From contig DATMUX010000750.1 of assembly GCA_035563695.1 (NCBI GenBank), forward strand, positions 1 through 28,626: DNA of 28,626 bases, in the 5' to 3' direction. Shown here one piece after another: positions 1 to 7,926 of this stretch (positions are counted from its first letter, which is position 1; each line of letters starts with the position of its first letter). This DNA is from Acidimicrobiia bacterium (GTDB lineage: Bacteria > Actinomycetota > Acidimicrobiia > IMCC26256 > PALSA-610). The notes below the pieces were generated by a model. That model did no database searches, was not told where the DNA came from, and was given only the letters and a program-made list of their open reading frames with translations. Position numbers and translations under genes: made by a program.

Positions 1-1
1 C

Positions 2-1807
2 ACGCCGTCGTCCGCGAACAACGGGTCGACGATCGACGACGCCGCGAACATCCAGCCGGAGCTGGCCGCCCAGATCCAAGCGAAGCACCTGCCCGCACCC
101 GACGCGAACACGCTGTACGTCGTGTTCTTCCGCAAGGGCCAGGTCGTCTCGTTGATGGGTAGTGACTCGAAGAGCGGTTTCTGCGCGTACCACAACACCG
201 TCGACACCCGGTTCCCGGAGGCGTACTACGCCGTCATCCCGTGGCAGGACCCCACCGACCCCGGCTGCCAGTACGCGTCGACATCGTTCGACAGCATCAC
301 CGCCATCGTCGGGCACGAGCTCGTCGAGGCCGTGACGGATCCCGAGGTGGGTCGTGCGCCCGATTTCGGCCCCCCGCTCGGGTGGTACGACGCGGTGAAC
401 TCGGCCGAGATCGCCGACGCGTGCGCGACGAACTCGACGTTCACCGCCGGCGACGGGACCAACTACGTCGCCGAGAACGCGTGGAGCAACAGCCACGGGA
501 CGTGCATCGGCGCCGGCCCGCAGTCGCCGGGCCCGCCGACGGGCGTCTCGGCGGTGGCGGGACCAGGCACCGCCACGCTGTCGTGGAACGCGGCCGGCGC
601 GAACGGCAGCGCGATCGCGCAGTACATCGTGACGAGCCCCGCGACGCAACCGTTCACCGTCTCCGGCACCGCCCGCTCGGCCACCATCGGCAACCTCGTC
701 GGAGGAAGGGCGTACACCTTCACGGTTTCGGCCCGCGACACCTTCGGGGACAGCACGCCGTCGGAACCGGTCACGATCACCATCGGACTCGCGCCACCCG
801 GTCCGCCGACATCCGTCTCGGCGACGGCCGGCACGGCGCGCGCGGCGGTGAGCTGGCGCGCCGCCGCGCCGAACGGCGCTCCCGTCACGTCGTACACCGT
901 GACGGCATCGCCCGGCGGCGCCACCGTCGTCGTGCCCGGTTCACGGCTGAACGCCACGGTCAACGGCCTCACGCCCGGGGTCGCGTACCGCTTCCACGTC
1001 GCCGCCACCAATGTCGCGGGCCAGGGTCCGCCGGCCGCGTCGAACCTGGTCGTCGTGCTCGCCGTGGTGCATCGCGCGGGCTATTGGATGTTGAGCTCGG
1101 ACGGCCACGTGTACTCGTTCGGTGCGGCTCCTCGCTTGGGTGACACCTCGGGCCCGGTCGTCGCGATCGCGACCCGCACCGACGGGCTCGGCTACTGGAC
1201 GACGGACGGCCGCGGCAACGTGCGGGCGTTCGGCGCCGCGGCGAACCACGGCGGAAGGCCTCCGTTGCGACCCGGTGAGCAGGTGAGCACGATCTCGGCG
1301 ACGCCGTCGGGCAGCGGATACCTGTTGTTCACCGACGAGGGCAGCGCGTTCGCGTACGGCGACGCGCACCTCTACGGCGACATGCGCAACGTCCGGCTGC
1401 AGGGCCGCATCATCGCGTCGACGGCGACCGCCACTGGTCGCGGGTACTACATGGTGGGATCCGACGGCGGAGTGTTCGCCTTCGGCGACGCGCGCTTCCG
1501 GGGTTCGATGGGCGGCGTACGCCTGAACAAGCCGGTGGTCGGTATCGCCGCCTCACCCGACAACCGCGGCTACTGGCTCGTAGCGTCGGATGGTGGCGTC
1601 TTCGCGTTCCACGCACCCTTCCGCGGCTCGATGGGCGGCGTGCGCCTCAACCGGCCCATCATCGCGCTCGTCGCGTACGGCAACGGCTATCTCATGGTCG
1701 GCAGCGACGGCGGCATCTTCGACTTCGCCGACACGCCGTTCGTCGGGAGCCTGGGCGACAACCCGCCTCCGGCACCGATCGTCAGCGTCGCCGCGTTCGT
1801 GTCGTAG
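2..1807 (+). CDS. 5'-truncated secreted/surface protein: Phi-1/EXORDIUM-like domain + 2 fibronectin type III domains + C-terminal GYW..SDGG repeat module
   Basis: The frame is open from base 2 (TPSSANNGSTIDDAANIQPEL...) to TAG at 1805-1807, so the ORF-track start at 122 is internal. Motifs: FCAYH, YAVIP, HELVEAVTDP, GWYD..EIADAC; two PGPPT.VSA..G..A..SW...Y.F.V.A FN3 units; then 41-aa GYWLVASDGGVFAF..PFRGSMGGVRLN repeats. Confidence 0.85.
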   Translation, partial: TPSSANNGSTIDDAANIQPELAAQIQAKHLPAPDANTLYVVFFRKGQVVSLMGSDSKSGFCAYHNTVDTRFPEAYYAVIPWQDPTDPGCQYASTSFDSITAIVGHELVEAVTDPEVGRAPDFGPPLGWYDAVNSAEIADACATNSTFTAGDGTNYVAENAWSNSHGTCIGAGPQSPGPPTGVSAVAGPGTATLSWNAAGANGSAIAQYIVTSPATQPFTVSGTARSATIGNLVGGRAYTFTVSARDTFGDSTPSEPVTITIGLAPPGPPTSVSATAGTARAAVSWRAAAPNGAPVTSYTVTASPGGATVVVPGSRLNATVNGLTPGVAYRFHVAATNVAGQGPPAASNLVVVLAVVHRAGYWMLSSDGHVYSFGAAPRLGDTSGPVVAIATRTDGLGYWTTDGRGNVRAFGAAANHGGRPPLRPGEQVSTISATPSGSGYLLFTDEGSAFAYGDAHLYGDMRNVRLQGRIIASTATATGRGYYMVGSDGGVFAFGDARFRGSMGGVRLNKPVVGIAASPDNRGYWLVASDGGVFAFHAPFRGSMGGVRLNRPIIALVAYGNGYLMVGSDGGIFDFADTPFVGSLGDNPPPAPIVSVAAFVS

Positions 1808-1816
1808 CCCGCTCGG

Positions 1817-3340
1817 TCAGAACGGCTTCAACCGTCCGGCGATGCCGATCGCGCTGCCGACGACCTGGCCGACCGCGCCGCCCAGGTTCGGTGCGTCGCC
1901 GAACGCGGAGATGGTGCCGTCGCGGCGCAGGATCACGTACCCGTTGCCCGTCGTCGACGGCAGCATCGAAACGCACGGAGCAAGCTGCTGTGACGCGCCC
2001 GAGCCGCGGAACGGCGCCTTGGCGAACGCGAACACACCTCCGTCGCGGGCGACCATCCAGTAGCCGTCGCCCTGCGGGCGCGCCGCCATCCCCACGACCG
2101 GCTGGTTCAGCCGGATACCGCCCGTCGATCCGTAGAAGCGCGCGTCGCCGAAGCTGAAGATGCCCCCGTCGCTCGCATACATCCAGTAGCCACGCCCCGT
2201 CGGCGTCGACGTGAGACCGAGCACCGGCGCGGCGAGACGCATGCTGCCGGTCGATCCGTAGAAGCGCGCGTCGCCGAAGCTGAAGACGCCGCCGTCGCCG
2301 CCCGCGAGCCAGTACCCGCGGCCCGTCGGCGTGGATGCCATCCCGACGATCGGCGCGTTCAGCCGGAGGCCGTGGAGCGAGCCGAGGAAGGGAGCCCCCG
2401 CGAACGCGTAGACGCTGCCGTCGGGTGCGAACAGCCAGTAGCCCGGCCCCGACAGCTGCCCGGCGATGCCGGCGATGGGCAACGTCGGACGGAAGCTCCC
2501 GGCCAGGCCGTCGGCGGACGCGCCGCCGAACGGGATGACCTGTCCCGCGTTCGACGCGATCCAGTACCCGCCCCCCGTGAGCCGCGCCGCGACCTTCGCG
2601 CGGATCGCGGGCAGCATCGGCTCGGTGCGCTGGCCCGGGCAGTCCGTCGCCGACGTGTCGCGGTGCCCGCAGATGTTGAAGAGGTTCTCGAGCACCCCGT
2701 TCGACGCGAGGTACGGGCCGCGGCCCAGCGGATCGACACCCCAGCGCGCGCACTTCCACGCCAGCAGTGTGACGAGGGCGTCGACCATCGGCGGTGGCGG
2801 ATCGATGGTGTCGTAGGTACCCATCAACGCGACGCCGATCGTCCTGGAGTTGTGGTAGATGGCGTGCCCGCCGCGCACGTTCAACCCGTTGAGCTCGCCG
2901 GTGTGGGGAACACCCGCGGGATAATTCTGGGCCCACCGGCCCTCGTAGATGCGGCCGAGGGGATCGATGAGCCAGTTGTACGCGATGTCGATGTACACGC
3001 CCGCGGTCTCGTTGGCGAGGATCCCCCGGCACAGACCGGCGTAGTTGGTGATGTCGTTCGGCGTGCCGGTGTGGTGCACGATCATCTTCAACACCCGCGC
3101 GTCGTACTCCTGGCCCGGCTTGCGCAACGCCTCGTTCGCGCCCCACTGCGCACGCGTGATCATCGGCGGCACCGGCCAGTCGGGTACGGCGCGCAGTGCC
3201 GGCCGAGCATCCGCCAGCGCAACCCCCTCGGCACCGTGCAATCGCGCGAGCCAGGGTGTGGCGGCGGCAGTGATGCCCGCGCCCGCGCCGAGCTGAAGCG
3301 CCGCGCGGCGGGTAATGCGACGGTGGCTGTCGTCGGGCAC
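1817..3340 (-). CDS. Tat-exported N-acetylmuramoyl-L-alanine amidase (Amidase_2/PGRP-like) with C-terminal GYW..DGG repeat module
   Basis: Twin-arginine signal ITRRAALQLG. Amidase motifs IVHHT, DIAYNWLID..GRIYEGR, GGHA...N..TIGVALMG and GHRD...TDCPG (Zn ligands His/His/Cys). The 42-aa repeats GYWxxxxDGG(V/I)FSFGDARFYGSTG follow. Confidence 0.92.
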   Translation of the reverse strand: MPDDSHRRITRRAALQLGAGAGITAAATPWLARLHGAEGVALADARPALRAVPDWPVPPMITRAQWGANEALRKPGQEYDARVLKMIVHHTGTPNDITNYAGLCRGILANETAGVYIDIAYNWLIDPLGRIYEGRWAQNYPAGVPHTGELNGLNVRGGHAIYHNSRTIGVALMGTYDTIDPPPPMVDALVTLLAWKCARWGVDPLGRGPYLASNGVLENLFNICGHRDTSATDCPGQRTEPMLPAIRAKVAARLTGGGYWIASNAGQVIPFGGASADGLAGSFRPTLPIAGIAGQLSGPGYWLFAPDGSVYAFAGAPFLGSLHGLRLNAPIVGMASTPTGRGYWLAGGDGGVFSFGDARFYGSTGSMRLAAPVLGLTSTPTGRGYWMYASDGGIFSFGDARFYGSTGGIRLNQPVVGMAARPQGDGYWMVARDGGVFAFAKAPFRGSGASQQLAPCVSMLPSTTGNGYVILRRDGTISAFGDAPNLGGAVGQVVGSAIGIAGRLKPF

Positions 3341-3365
3341 GACTCCCCCCAGTTCTCAACCAGGG

Positions 3366-3373
3366 TTATCGGC
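3366..3373 (-). promoter_or_regulatory. sigma28/WhiG-like -10 element upstream of the amidase
   Basis: GCCGATAA on the minus strand, 25 nt upstream of the GTG. TGAAG lies 12 nt further upstream as an imperfect -35. Confidence 0.35.
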
Positions 3374-3450
3374 AGCCCCGCCCGCCTTCAAAGGTCTAGC
3401 GAAGCACATCGGCGCGGCCGATACCAAACTCCGCGCGCACCGTGACGGTG

Positions 3451-3459
3451 TGGTAGCAC
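3451..3459 (+). promoter_or_regulatory. candidate extended -10 for a leaderless GT4 operon transcript
   Basis: TGG-TAGCAC, then 7 nt, then GTG at 3467. It is preceded by the palindrome CACCGT-G-ACGGTG (3438-3450). Confidence 0.4.
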
Positions 3460-3466
3460 ACTCCGA

Positions 3467-4609
3467 GTGTCTTCGACGGCGCGTCCGACCGTTGCAATCG
3501 ATGTCACCCCGCTACTCGGCGCGCGCACCGGCATCGGCAATGCGGTCGCCGAGATCGTCGCGGCTCTGCGCGCGCTCGAAGCCGGCCCGGACCTCGTTCC
3601 GTACACACTCAGCGCGCGGGCGCGCCTGCACAGGTCCGACGCGCCGCCGGGTACGCGTTTCGTTCCGATCCCCGCGCGCGTCCTCCTGGCCTCGTGGGTG
3701 CGCGCCGAGCAACCACGCATCGATCACTGGCTACGCCCCGCGAGCGTGCTCCACGCGACGAATTACCTCGCACCGCCGAGCCGCTTGCCCGCGCTCGTGA
3801 GTGTGTACGACTGTTCGTTCGTCCGTTACCCCGAACTGTGCACCGCGGCCGTGCGCGCGTACGAGCCGATCATCCGACGCGCGATCGCGCGCGGCGCGAC
3901 GGTGCACACCGGCTCCGCGTTCGTCGCGGGCGAGATCGACGAGGTCTTCGGTCCGGGTCTGCGCGAGTCGGGACGGCTCGCCGTGATCCCGCTCGGCGTC
4001 CCCACGCTCGGCACCGAATCAGAGATGCCGGCCGTCGTCGAGGAGCGGCTCGACGGCGCGCCCTTCGTGGTCGCCATCGGCACCCTCGAGCCCCGCAAGA
4101 ATCTCGATCACCTCGTCGCGGCGTTCGGCGCGCTGGCGGATCAGCACCCCGATCTCGGGCTCGTGATCGCGGGCCACGACGGCCCCGCGCGTGCCGGCAT
4201 CGACGCGGCGATCAGCCGGCTCCCGGCCCGACCGCGGTCGAGGGTCGTGCTCGCGGGCGGCGTCAGCGCGGCCGGTCGTCGCGCCCTGCTCGAGCGCGCC
4301 GCGCTGCTCGCGTACCCCTCGATCTACGAAGGCTTCGGCTTCCCGGTCCTCGAGGCGATGCTGGCCGGCGTGCCGGTCGTCGCGGCGCGCGCCGGTTCGA
4401 TCCCCGAGATCGCGGGCGACGCGGCGTTGCTCGTCGAGCCGACCGACGAGGCCGCGCTCGCGGCCGAGATGCATCGGGCCCTGTCGGACTCCGAGGTGCG
4501 CGCCGGGCTCGTCACGCGGGGCCGCGAGCGGGTCCGGCAATTCTCGTGGGACAGCACGGCGCGCGGGCTCGCCGACTGGTATCAGCGGCTCGCGGGGTCG
4601 TCGGCGTGA
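3467..4609 (+). CDS. GT4 (GT-B) glycosyltransferase
   Basis: GTLEPRKNL and YPSIYEGFGFPVLEAM (E-x7-E signature); 380 aa. Confidence 0.93.
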   Translation: MSSTARPTVAIDVTPLLGARTGIGNAVAEIVAALRALEAGPDLVPYTLSARARLHRSDAPPGTRFVPIPARVLLASWVRAEQPRIDHWLRPASVLHATNYLAPPSRLPALVSVYDCSFVRYPELCTAAVRAYEPIIRRAIARGATVHTGSAFVAGEIDEVFGPGLRESGRLAVIPLGVPTLGTESEMPAVVEERLDGAPFVVAIGTLEPRKNLDHLVAAFGALADQHPDLGLVIAGHDGPARAGIDAAISRLPARPRSRVVLAGGVSAAGRRALLERAALLAYPSIYEGFGFPVLEAMLAGVPVVAARAGSIPEIAGDAALLVEPTDEAALAAEMHRALSDSEVRAGLVTRGRERVRQFSWDSTARGLADWYQRLAGSSA

Positions 4610-5691
4610 GAGTTGCGATCCACGCGGGGCAACTGCTGCAGCCCGTACCGGGCGGCATCGGGCGGTACGAGATCGAGCTCATGCGCCGCCTCCCCGATTT
4701 CGGGGTCGAGCCCATCGCGTTCGCCGCGGGCGCGCGCCCTCCGGGCGTCGTGCCGCGTGTTCCGTGGATCGACCTCGGGCTTCCGCACGGCAGCGTGCGC
4801 TACGAGCTGTGGCACAGGACGCAGCGACCGCTCGTGCGCATCACGGCCGACGTCGTGCACGCACCGAGCCTGGCGATTCCCGCAGTGCGAGATCAGCCGC
4901 TCGTCGTCACCGCACACGACATCGCGTTCTTGCGCGTCCCGCACGTCACGACGCGCCGCGGCGTGCGCTTCCACCGGCGCGGACTCGCGCTCGCGCGCCG
5001 GCACGCGACACTCGTCGTCGTTCCATCGGTCTTCACGCGGCGCGAGCTCGAACGGGAGGGCTTCGCACCCGACCGCCTCGAGGTCGTGCCGTTCGGCGTC
5101 GATCCGCCGCGACCCCGCGACGACGCGGACGTCGATCGCGTGGTCGCCGGCGTAGGCGTGCGCGCGCCGTACGTCCTGACCGTGGGGACCGTGGAGCCGC
5201 GCAAGGACGTGACCACCATCGTCCGTGCGGTGGCACAGCTGCGCCGCACCGACCCCGATCTCACGCTCGTCGTCGCCGGTCCTCGCGGATGGGGCGAGGT
5301 GCGGGGCCTCGATCTTCCGTTCGTGAAGGTGCTCGGCACCCAGCCCTGGAACGTTCTCGACGCGCTCTACCGCCGCGCCGAGGTCTTCTGCAGCGCGTCG
5401 CTCTACGAAGGCTTCGGGCTACCCGCCGTCGAGGCGATGGTCCGGGGCACGCCGACGGTGGCGACGACCGGCTCGTCGATCGAGGAGGTCGTCGAGGGCG
5501 CCGGGGCACTGTTCGCCCCGGGCGACGTCACCGAGTGCGCCCGCCAGCTCCGGCGCCTGCTCCACGACGAGACCCTGCGAGCCGAGTTGCGCACGGCCGG
5601 CCGGGAGCGAGCCGCCGAGCTCACGTGGCAACGCTCGGCCGCCGGCCACGCGCGCGTGTACGCGCGCGCGCTCGAGCGGTTCGGTTCGTAG
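4606..5691 (+). CDS. GT4 glycosyltransferase
   Basis: The true start is the GTG overlapping the upstream TGA (GTGA, 4606-4609): VRVAIHAGQLLQPVPGGIGRY. Motifs GTVEPRKDV and SLYEGFGLPAVEAM; 361 aa. Confidence 0.92.
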   Translation: MRVAIHAGQLLQPVPGGIGRYEIELMRRLPDFGVEPIAFAAGARPPGVVPRVPWIDLGLPHGSVRYELWHRTQRPLVRITADVVHAPSLAIPAVRDQPLVVTAHDIAFLRVPHVTTRRGVRFHRRGLALARRHATLVVVPSVFTRRELEREGFAPDRLEVVPFGVDPPRPRDDADVDRVVAGVGVRAPYVLTVGTVEPRKDVTTIVRAVAQLRRTDPDLTLVVAGPRGWGEVRGLDLPFVKVLGTQPWNVLDALYRRAEVFCSASLYEGFGLPAVEAMVRGTPTVATTGSSIEEVVEGAGALFAPGDVTECARQLRRLLHDETLRAELRTAGRERAAELTWQRSAAGHARVYARALERFGS

Positions 5692-5694
5692 ACT
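5689..5694 (+). promoter_or_regulatory. -10 element TAGACT (leaderless) overlapping the upstream stop codon
   Basis: TAGACT, then 6 nt, then GTG at 5701. No Shine-Dalgarno is visible. Confidence 0.55.
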
Positions 5695-5700
5695 CCCCGC

Positions 5701-6837
5701 GTGCGCGTGCTGCTCGACGTCTCGGCGGTTCCCGGCCGGCCGGTGGGTGCGGGGGTGTACACGATCGCGATCGCGGCGGGCCTCGCCGCGCGCGACGACG
5801 TCGAGCTGCACCTGCTCACGCGCCGCCACGACGGCGATCGCTGGCGAGTCCTTGCTCCCCGCGCCGCGATCATCTCCCGTGTGCCCGACCGCCGCCCCTC
5901 CCGCCTCGTGTGGGAGCAAACGGGCGCGGCGAGCGTCGCCCGATCCGTGCGGCCCGACGTCTGGCACGGGCCGCACTACACGCTGCCCTTGCGGATCGAC
6001 GTGCCTACGGCGGTGACCGTCCACGACCTCACCTTCTTCGACCATCCGGACTGGCACGAACGCACCAAGGTGCTCTACTTCCGCCGCATGATTGCGGCCG
6101 CGGTCGAGCGCGCGTCGGTCGTCATCTGCGTGAGCGCGTTCACGGCCGAGCGCCTCCGCGCCCGGCTCGATCCCGATTGCGAGATCGTGGTCGTGCCCCA
6201 CGGAGTCGACCATGCCCGGTTCGCGCCTGCGGGCGACACCGGCGTTGCTCGTGAGCTCGAAGATCTCGCGGCCCACGGCGTCACGCCGCCGTACGTCGCG
6301 TTCGCCGGGACCATCGAGCCGCGCAAGGACGTTCCGACCCTCGTACAGGCCTTCGCTCGCGTCGCGGCGACGCGACCGGATCTGCGTTTAGTGCTCGCCG
6401 GCAACGACGGCTGGGGCAGCGCGGCGACGCGTGCCGCGATCGCGGCGAGCGGTGCCGTGACGCGCATCGTGCGGCCCGGATATCTGGACGACGACACCCT
6501 CGCGGCGCTGTTCCGTCATGCGGCCGCGGTCGCGTACCCGTCCCTCGAGGAAGGGTTCGGGTTGCCGGCGCTCGAAGCGCTCGCGTGCGGCACGCCGCTC
6601 GTGACGACCCTCGGTTCCGCGCTCGAGGAGATCGCGGGCGACGCCGCGCTGCTCGTACCTCCGCGTGATGCCGGAGCGCTCGCGGCCGCGATCGCATCGT
6701 TGCTCGACGACCGCGAGTTGGCGGCTCGCTTGCGGGCGGCCGGTCCCCGGCGCGCCGGCACGTTCACCTGGGACCGCGCGGTCGAGGGACACGTCGACGC
6801 CTACCACCGCGCCGCGCCGGTCAGCCTCTCGGCATGA
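5701..6837 (+). CDS. GT4 glycosyltransferase
   Basis: GTIEPRKDV and YPSLEEGFGLPALEAL; 378 aa. Confidence 0.92.
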   Translation: MRVLLDVSAVPGRPVGAGVYTIAIAAGLAARDDVELHLLTRRHDGDRWRVLAPRAAIISRVPDRRPSRLVWEQTGAASVARSVRPDVWHGPHYTLPLRIDVPTAVTVHDLTFFDHPDWHERTKVLYFRRMIAAAVERASVVICVSAFTAERLRARLDPDCEIVVVPHGVDHARFAPAGDTGVARELEDLAAHGVTPPYVAFAGTIEPRKDVPTLVQAFARVAATRPDLRLVLAGNDGWGSAATRAAIAASGAVTRIVRPGYLDDDTLAALFRHAAAVAYPSLEEGFGLPALEALACGTPLVTTLGSALEEIAGDAALLVPPRDAGALAAAIASLLDDRELAARLRAAGPRRAGTFTWDRAVEGHVDAYHRAAPVSLSA

Positions 6838-7748
6838 GAGCGCTCGTCATGGGCGCGACGGGATTCGTCGGCCCGTATCTCGTCGAGCACTGCTCCGACT
6901 GCGGCGACGAGGTCGCGGGTCTCGGCCTCGACGAACGGGGCTTCGACGTCACCGACCGCGAAGCCGTCGCGCGCGCGTTTACGAGCTACCGGCCGGAGGT
7001 CGTGTATCACCTTGCGGCGATGTCACACGTCGGGGACTCCTGGGCCGACACGACGGCATGCTTCCGGGTGAACATCGAAGGAACCGCGCACGTGCTCGAC
7101 GCGGCGCGCTCGGCCGGGACACGGCGGGTCCTCGTCGTCGGCAGCTCGGAGGAGTACGGGCGCGTGCTCGACGGAACGCCGCTCGACGAGGACGCACCAC
7201 TGCGCCCGGTGACGCCGTACGGCGTGAGCAAGGTCGCAGCCTCGTACCTCGCGCTCCAGGCCCATCTGGCCCACGGCCTCGACACCATCCGCGTGCGGGC
7301 GTTCTCCCACACCGGTGCCGGCCAGAGCGCGCGGTTCGTCGTACCGGCGCTGGCCGATCGCGTCGCCCGCGCCGAGATCGCGGGCGGCGATGCCGTGCGC
7401 GTCGGCGCGATCGATCCGGTCCGCGATGTCTCCGACGTGCGCGACGTCGTGCGCGCGTACCGCCTGCTGATGACCCGGGGCGAGCCGGGCGAGGTCTACA
7501 ACGTGTGCCGCGGGCGGGGCGTCGCGATCGGCGACATCGCCCGGAGGCTCGTCGCGCGCGCCACCCGGACGCTGCGCCTCGAGGTCGACCCGGAGCTGGT
7601 GCGACCGGTCGAGGTGCCGTGCCTCATCGGCAGCCCCGCGAAGCTGCAGCGCGCGACGGGCTGGGAGCCGCGGTTCGCCCTCGACGAGACGCTGGATGCG
7701 GTGCTCGCCGACGCCCGCGCCCGCGTGCGCACCGAGCACCACCCATGA
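6834..7748 (+). CDS. rmd: extended SDR, GDP-4-keto-6-deoxy-D-mannose reductase (Rmd)-like
   Basis: GATGFVG Rossmann motif (not the GITGQDG of Gmd), VYHLAA.SHV, GSSEEYG, YGVSK (YxxxK), RAFSHTGAGQS.RFV and RD.SDVRDVVRAY. ATGA overlap with the upstream GT4. Confidence 0.75.
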   Translation: MRALVMGATGFVGPYLVEHCSDCGDEVAGLGLDERGFDVTDREAVARAFTSYRPEVVYHLAAMSHVGDSWADTTACFRVNIEGTAHVLDAARSAGTRRVLVVGSSEEYGRVLDGTPLDEDAPLRPVTPYGVSKVAASYLALQAHLAHGLDTIRVRAFSHTGAGQSARFVVPALADRVARAEIAGGDAVRVGAIDPVRDVSDVRDVVRAYRLLMTRGEPGEVYNVCRGRGVAIGDIARRLVARATRTLRLEVDPELVRPVEVPCLIGSPAKLQRATGWEPRFALDETLDAVLADARARVRTEHHP

Positions 7749-7920
7749 TCCCGACAGTTCGTCCCAACTGTTGGGAGCGTGATGGGCGGTATACGCCCAT
7801 GATCGTCCCAACAGTTGGGAGCCTGGTGGGCGGTATACGCCCATGATCCTCCCCACAGTTGGGAGCGTGATGGGCGCTATGCGCCCATGATCCTCCCGAC
7901 AGTTGGGAGCGTGGTGGGCG
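7742..7920. repeat. tandem array of ~4 x 44-bp units built from two alternating palindromes (REP/BIME-like)
   Basis: Units start at 7742 (54 bp, with a 10-bp insert), 7796, 7840 and 7884 (partial). Consensus CCCATGATCCTCCCAACAGTTGGGAGCGTGATGGGCGGTATACG. The array lies between convergent stop codons. Confidence 0.9.
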
Positions 7921-7926
7921 CGCCGG

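Noticed and set aside
7742-7920. CRISPR array interpretation of the 44-bp repeats
   Set aside because: The units are contiguous, with no unique spacers, and there are no cas genes in the window.
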